Assembly: GCA_010909165.1 (NCBI GenBank)
Contig: VJWM01000106.1
Span: forward strand, 558,001 to 622,000
From: Anthoceros angustus
Lineage: Eukaryota; Plantae; Anthocerotophyta
Direction of reading: 5' to 3'
Length of the DNA stretch: 64,000 nucleotides
In this document: positions 58,074 through 64,000 of the stretch, in pieces
Layout: every line of letters begins with the position of its first letter
Position numbering within the stretch: the stretch's first letter is position 1
Position numbers and translations under genes: made by a program
The notes under the pieces: generated by a model
What the model was told of the DNA's origin: nothing
Databases searched by the model: none
The model's input: the letters and a program-made list of their open reading frames with translations, nothing else

Positions 58074-61000
58074 TTATTGGTAATATTTTGACCCGCCAAC
58101 TGTTGCCAAGGTGGATGAGCCACTAAGGTACCGGAGTTGAATTGATCCGTTGTCGAAAACTTCAAACTCAAGGGGCCCCATCCACGAGATGTAATTTACG
58201 GAAATGCATGTATCGGTTATCATATAGTAAAGCGGATCCCGAACAACGTATTCTTGACGCTTCAATCTCTTGTCGTTACTTCCTCCTCCTTTGGACATCC
58301 CGCATAACTTGGAGGGCTTGTTCTGTCTCCGTGTCGCATTTAAACCCACCAACCTTTCCAATGACTTTCTTCCACCGGCATTCGACTTGGTTCGTATTCT
58401 CGTGGTGGGAACTTGAATTCTATTGGCATGACGTAATGCCGTAAGATACGGGTCTGCTGCGTTGTCACTTTTCCATGTCCGATACGCCTGAGTCAATGTT
58501 TCATATCCACATACGATAACCGATGTGAGTTTGGTTAGGATCTTGCACAACAAGCCATTTGCCTTTTCCGTCCCCCATTGGCTTTTGGGTTATAAGGCGT
58601 GGACTTCCTGTGAGCGACGTTGAAGTGACTGGTCATGTTGGAGATTACCGATTGAAATGTGTTCCTCACACGTCAGCCCAGGGCATATCGGTGATGATTT
58701 GCTCGAGCAGAATCGCCACGACGGCGAATCTACGTGCGGTTCTACCATCCGCGCGATCTGTGGCCACGTGGATGTATTGGTTTTGGCGAGTCTTGGTTTT
58801 AATGGATAGGTCCGACAAAATCGATTCCCCATTTCTCGAATGGTGCTAAGTATGGGGACAAGGGGCCATTGGGTTGTTGTTGGCTTGCCGACCCTTTGGC
58901 AAGCCACCGCTCACGAACTCCTTGGCATCCTTGTACATTGTAGGCCACCAATAGCCACCTCCAAAATTTTCCCGCATGTGACATGCATAATGACCTCCGC
59001 CTCTTCTTCGTGTAAAGAGCTGGGACTCGCTCACCGCTTGATGCACTCCATAACCGCTCCCCGCCGTCCGGACCGACTTGTATAAGTTCATATTGTGCCG
59101 TGAATGGTCCGGAGTAGTGGACGAATCAACTGTGTCTTGGAAAGATGGAGGAATTTGGCTGCCAAGATAATCGTATATCTCCGATATGTTGGTCTTCCGA
59201 AGCCACCTCCCTTCTCAATCGGCTGGCTCCTCCTTCCGAACCGGCTTCACTGGTTTTCAACTCGCAGAAAAAGTGTCTCATCGGAAAGTCGTCTTCTGGT
59301 CCCTTTCCACCTTCCTGCTTTCAATCGAGATATGAAGTCGGCATTGATATGCTTCCTACTCTCTCCACCGTGAAGGTAAACTCAAGCAAGATCCAGCGTA
59401 TCGTCCGAAAGGTCGGTTTATTCACAAGGTGTTTCAAGGCAAAGTGGTCAACATGGAACACAAATTCATACGAGGAGGTAGTGTCAATTTCGACCGAGTA
59501 AACCATTCCCGGTTTCTCGCCGTGGTGGTATACTGCCTCCGTCGTTAGTTGTCTCCTCGGCATAGTAGATCGGAAAATCCTTCTTCTTCTCATCCGGCTA
59601 AGGACCCACCCAATTGCAAATGTCTGAAACATCAACGAAAACGCGGAACTTCTTACTCCCCGGTCCTTAGCGTGGAGTCAGAGTGGTGCGTAAGTCCCGA
59701 ATGCTTCCTCCGGCCGTCCATTCCCACTCCTGATCCTTCCTTAACAAGCTCGTTAGTGGGGCAGCCCGCTTGGCGAAATTTGGAACGAAGCGTCTATAAT
59801 ACCCGACCATTCCCAGGAACCCGCGGAGTTCCTTTAGCGTTGTTGGTGCTCTAAGGGTGGCGATGACCTTTACCTTGTCCGGATCTACTTCTATACCTCT
59901 GCTTGAAATTCGATGCCCCAACAGAATTCCTTCTGACATGCCGAAGTAGCACTTTTCTGGATGCAGGCATAATTGCGTGGCTCGACAGCGCTCCAGGCAC
60001 TTCCGGAGGTGCGACAGATGGTCCTTGACAGCCCCGAATACGCAGAAGTCGTCCAGGAAAACTTCCATAAAGTCGCGGAGGAAGTCCTTGAAAATTTTGA
60101 CGATGGCTCGCATGAAGGACCTGTGCTCCGTCAACCCAAATGCGCCGCGCTTGTAAGCATATGTCCCCGATCGGTTGTAAAGCGGTCGAGGCCAATCGCT
60201 CTCCTAAGGTGCTGATTATACCCAGTACCGTCTAGGAATGAATACGCCATTACTGCGACGGATCCGGATATTATCGATGAAGGGTAACGGAAAGTGATCC
60301 TTCTTGGTGACTTTATTCAACCTTCTCCCCGACAAACTCGGATTTTGCCTGCTGCCTCTTAGGTACTACCACTATTGGAGCCACCCATCTTTATTGACTA
60401 TAGGATAGATCACATCCGCCTTGAGGTACATCTCCAACTCGATCCTTTACCTTGAGGAGTACTGGATTTAACTTGTACTGGAATTTATCGATTGCTCGGT
60501 TCCGTGTCAATCCTATGCTCGCCCATTCTTTGGGAATCCTTCATGTCTCATACCTCAAGGCGAAAACATCGATGAATTCGCAAGCAGCCCATGCCTTCCT
60601 CCAACGCCGATCCATCCATTTTCGAGAATTTGAGCACTTTCCTCGAAGAACCTCAACGCCCTGACTTCATCACCAGACTCACTCGCGCTCTCACTGGTGC
60701 GGTGCTAACTCTAATCCTTCTTCCGCTCCTGCGGGTTCCTCTTCTCATGCCCCATTCCCTAAACAAATCTTGACGTGAAGCTGCGTCGCCTTTTTCTCCA
60801 CCTGCTCGAATCCTGCCTGGACCCCTTCCGCTGAGCACTCGATGCCATCCCCGTCACCTCACACTGTATATGGGATATCTCTCCGGTAGTCCCGCCTCTC
60901 ATCGACCATGAGATGTGCGAATCGAACCTATCTTCCTCTCCCATCTCCCGGACGTGTCCTCCGCCGAGGTAAAATACCTTCTGCTTCAGCTTGAGTTTCA
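58074..61000 (-). mobile_element. Athila-like (non-chromovirus) Ty3/Gypsy pol: RT, RNase H, integrase; frameshifted
   Basis: KDHFPLPFID, FMEVFLDDFCVFG, HPEKCYFGMSEGILLGHRISSRGIEVD, ELRGFLGMVGYYRRF, DHFALKHLVNKP, GYWWPTMYKDA, PFEKWGIDFVGPI, WMGP...VFDNGSIQL; no chromodomain. Confidence 0.9.
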
Positions 61001-64000
61001 CGTGGATTGGGTTTTGCATCCAAGACGCAGAGGCCACATTTACCCTCTATGTCGTTATAGTCCTAGGATTCGATCCCAAGGAATGGTGTATTGGTCAAGC
61101 CAATCTATGGGTTCTAGACTCACCGCCGCCATCTAACTTCCAGCCTACCCAAACCCACCACTGGTAGACTCACACAGTCATCTGGTTTCACATGTATGGT
61201 CGCCACAACCACTGTCAAGTGAGTCTATCTGTCATGGCCTCCGACACTGACCCAGAGGCTATGGACCACCACATCTATATAATGCCTCGCCCACTTCTAA
61301 AATTTCATGATCCCACCTCCTCGCCTCACCTCCCATTGCCCGACTTTCCCTCACACCTCACACCTCCCAAATACAGACTACTCCTCCTCCCGGAACCTTT
61401 CCCTTCCCAATGAACTCTCTCGTCTCACGGGCCACATGCACTTTTTCCCTTGGGCCACATGCATCTCTCATGGAATGAACACACTGTGGCAGTTGGAAAG
61501 AGGATCGAAGAAAACCCCCGGCTTGGAGCCTGGCCACCGTCCGCTGCAATCCTACCTCTTCCGGCCACGTACCGCCCCTTCTGTGCGTGAGCTTGGCCAC
61601 CCGCCTCGACCATCCAGATCTTCCCCTTCTTGTGACTAAGACGGCCCAACCCGCTTGATGCGACGGGCCTCCAATCAACCCCACTCGGTTCGACACGGAA
61701 GTTCACACCGAAATCGTCCTTTGAGAGACACCCAGGGTCTCTTATACATCCGGGGCCGTGGTCCAACACACCTCTTTAGTGTCTAAAATTGTAGCTCCTA
61801 CCACGGCGCCTTACCAATCTACAACACTCTCTGATGGAACTCCCTATCCTCACCAAAAGGAAACCCGGTCCTAGGCTATCGCGACTCCTAAAATCAGCCC
61901 TCGCGATTTTGCCCACGGCCCATGGGGACCCCTCTCGCTCGGCCTCGCCCGATCCGAGCGATTTTCCCCACAACCTCCACCTCGCCTCTCACCGCCTCGC
62001 CTCGCGCCTTCGACGCTGCCCTGTGACCTCTATGTCCATTGTCCGCTCCTCCCTGGACAACCATACTGTGCTCCTCCCTCCATGCTCGCCTCGCTCTCAT
62101 CTTCTTCGACCACTTGCGGAGGATAGGCCCGCTCCTACTCGAAGGAACCATCGTAACTGTCAAGATGTACAGCCAAGAGTTTGCCCCTCGTCCCAACAAC
62201 CACATACACGTTTAGAGTGAGCACGCTCACCATGCGCGGGGACATGAGCATCCTCATCCGGACCGTAGCACAATACGCCCTTCCGAGGAGGTCCTTACCT
62301 CTCCTCCGTGGACAATCTGGCCGGGCTGCTGATTCTCGGATCTGTCCCTCCATCTGCGACACTCCGTGGTGACTTCCCCACCTCGGTTCCCGTTCCACGG
62401 CGGTGGTTTAGCCACCGTGGTGGTTGCTTCCACGGTGGTTGTTGCTCCTGCGTTGCTCGGCCTTTCTTGGTTTGGCCACCTCTCTCTTGACTCGCCCTAG
62501 CTTCGTCTCTTCCGCTTGTACCTCCGCCTTCTTGAATTTCTCCAAGGCGCCATCGCCACCGCTCTGGACTCGCGAGACCTCATCTGAAGCTCTTCAATTA
62601 GCATAGCGCCTTGACCTGACTGATTTACTAAAGCTTCCCGAGTGGACATGTCCTTAAGCCTCTGTGCCTTGCATAAGGCACGACTCCGCTCTCCCCCTTG
62701 CTCGCCTTCCGGCTTCCAACTTCTCCTTGAGCAACTTCTCCTTGGCCTTGCACACTCCAAGTGAGAGCCATGGTCGCTTGATCGAGATCCGCTGCGTCTG
62801 TGCCATGGCCAAGTCAAACCTCAAATCCCCAAATTGGGCTGTCCCTTGCCCATCCGCCTCACAACAATTCTCGTGGCTGGTGTCTCCTATCCCCACCTCG
62901 GACGGTTCGGTGAAATGTCAAAAATGTCCGAGTCCGGTCTCGGTCGGGTTAACCCCTCCTCTCCTAGGGGTTGATGCACGCCTCTTCCCCGCTTCATTCT
63001 CCTAGCGGCGATTCATCCTGCACGGAGGAGCAACTTGCCATTTCCCTTTATTTTCCTCCTTTACCTGCGTTCACTGCCTCGACTGGTGACCACAGGTGTG
63101 CTGGTTCCTCCGCTGGCCGCCTCCCTTCGCCGATCCCGTCGACTCGTTGCGCCCTTCTTACCCTTGGAAACTTCCCACCCTCTTGAACCTTCGAGCGCAC
63201 TCCCAGCTGGAATCCTTGCCCGAATCCTCCTTCAATTCCTCCTCTTCTACCTTGAGTTCACCGGCTTCCAACCATGCGGGACACCCAACTCCGTTAAACA
63301 CCGAATGCAAATACATGAATCGAAAAGGCGAAATCAAGGAGGGCCGAAGAAGAGAGTCGCCTTCTCCTCAGGCTCTTTCAAAAATCATCCTCCCCAATCA
63401 ATTTGTGTACCCTTGACCACCTCGTGAAGAAAAACCAAGAAGTGATCCGCCATATGATCCGGCTTCAGAGGCACAAAATCCATTTGGCCAATCCCACCAT
63501 TACAGAACACGAGTTGGCGAGTCACCCACCATTGTTCACTCTCACTTCCCGGGCTTCATGAGCGCTGCCTTTCATCTTTCACTGGGTCAATCACCAAGCT
63601 CCCATCCTCCGATGCTTCGCCCATACTGCTCGAAAGAGGCCAAATCCAGTCTGCGGCCTTTTCCTCGCGTCACCCTCTTGCGACTTGGTCCTTAATTGCC
63701 GGGCGCACTCTTGCACCAATGCGGTCAGAGCACCATTTCTTCTCCATGAACTTGAGCCCCACTCAGCCGCCGCTCTCACTTTCCGTGGTCCATGTTGGGC
63801 CACCGTGCGTGGGATTTCGGCTGGGCGCCATCTCCTTCTCGTTGTCTCCCAAAACAAAACCTCGACTACCTGCAGATCACGGTCAAGAGAAAAAATCAAA
63901 GCCGCCTCCTTCCACGCCTCCTCGCGAACTTGCGGCGCCGATTTCTCTCCTCCGCCGCCTGCCCCGATCGTCGCGCCTTCCTCCTCCTGCACTGAGTGAT
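61001..64000 (-). mobile_element. Part of the 5' giant LTR of the same Athila-like element, running off the window and joined to pol by a deletion
   Basis: 61005-64000 is collinear with ~54460-57600; homology stops near 61005, where pol-linker sequence begins. Confidence 0.75.

Overview
Eukaryotic nuclear DNA from a non-seed land plant, most likely a hornwort such as Anthoceros. This is inferred from the compact genes with short introns and from PLS-class PPR genes with DYW:KP/DRH-type and WW-type C-termini. Left part (1-29 kb): a beta-class N6/N4 DNA methyltransferase-like ORF cut off by a decayed Copia element, a head-to-head pair of PPR RNA-editing genes, plastid ClpP4, RPL23/uL14, an ASG2/WDTC1 WD40-TPR gene, F-box remnants and an RLE-type LINE fragment. 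Right part (29.4-64 kb): a nest of LTR retrotransposons. A Copia gag is interrupted by a Ty3/Gypsy element that carries a DNMT3-like cytosine-5 DNA methyltransferase domain between protease and reverse transcriptase; this is the most notable finding. That element contains a hAT-like insert bearing 5S-rRNA-like promoter repeats. It is also interrupted by an Athila-like element with ~6.9-kb ORF-bearing LTRs, and a second copy of that element has inserted in inverted orientation into the first. The repeat regions are full of 1-2 nt indels and kb-scale tandem duplications that look like long-read assembly noise, so frameshifts there may not be real. TE coordinates are approximate and all motif calls were made by eye.
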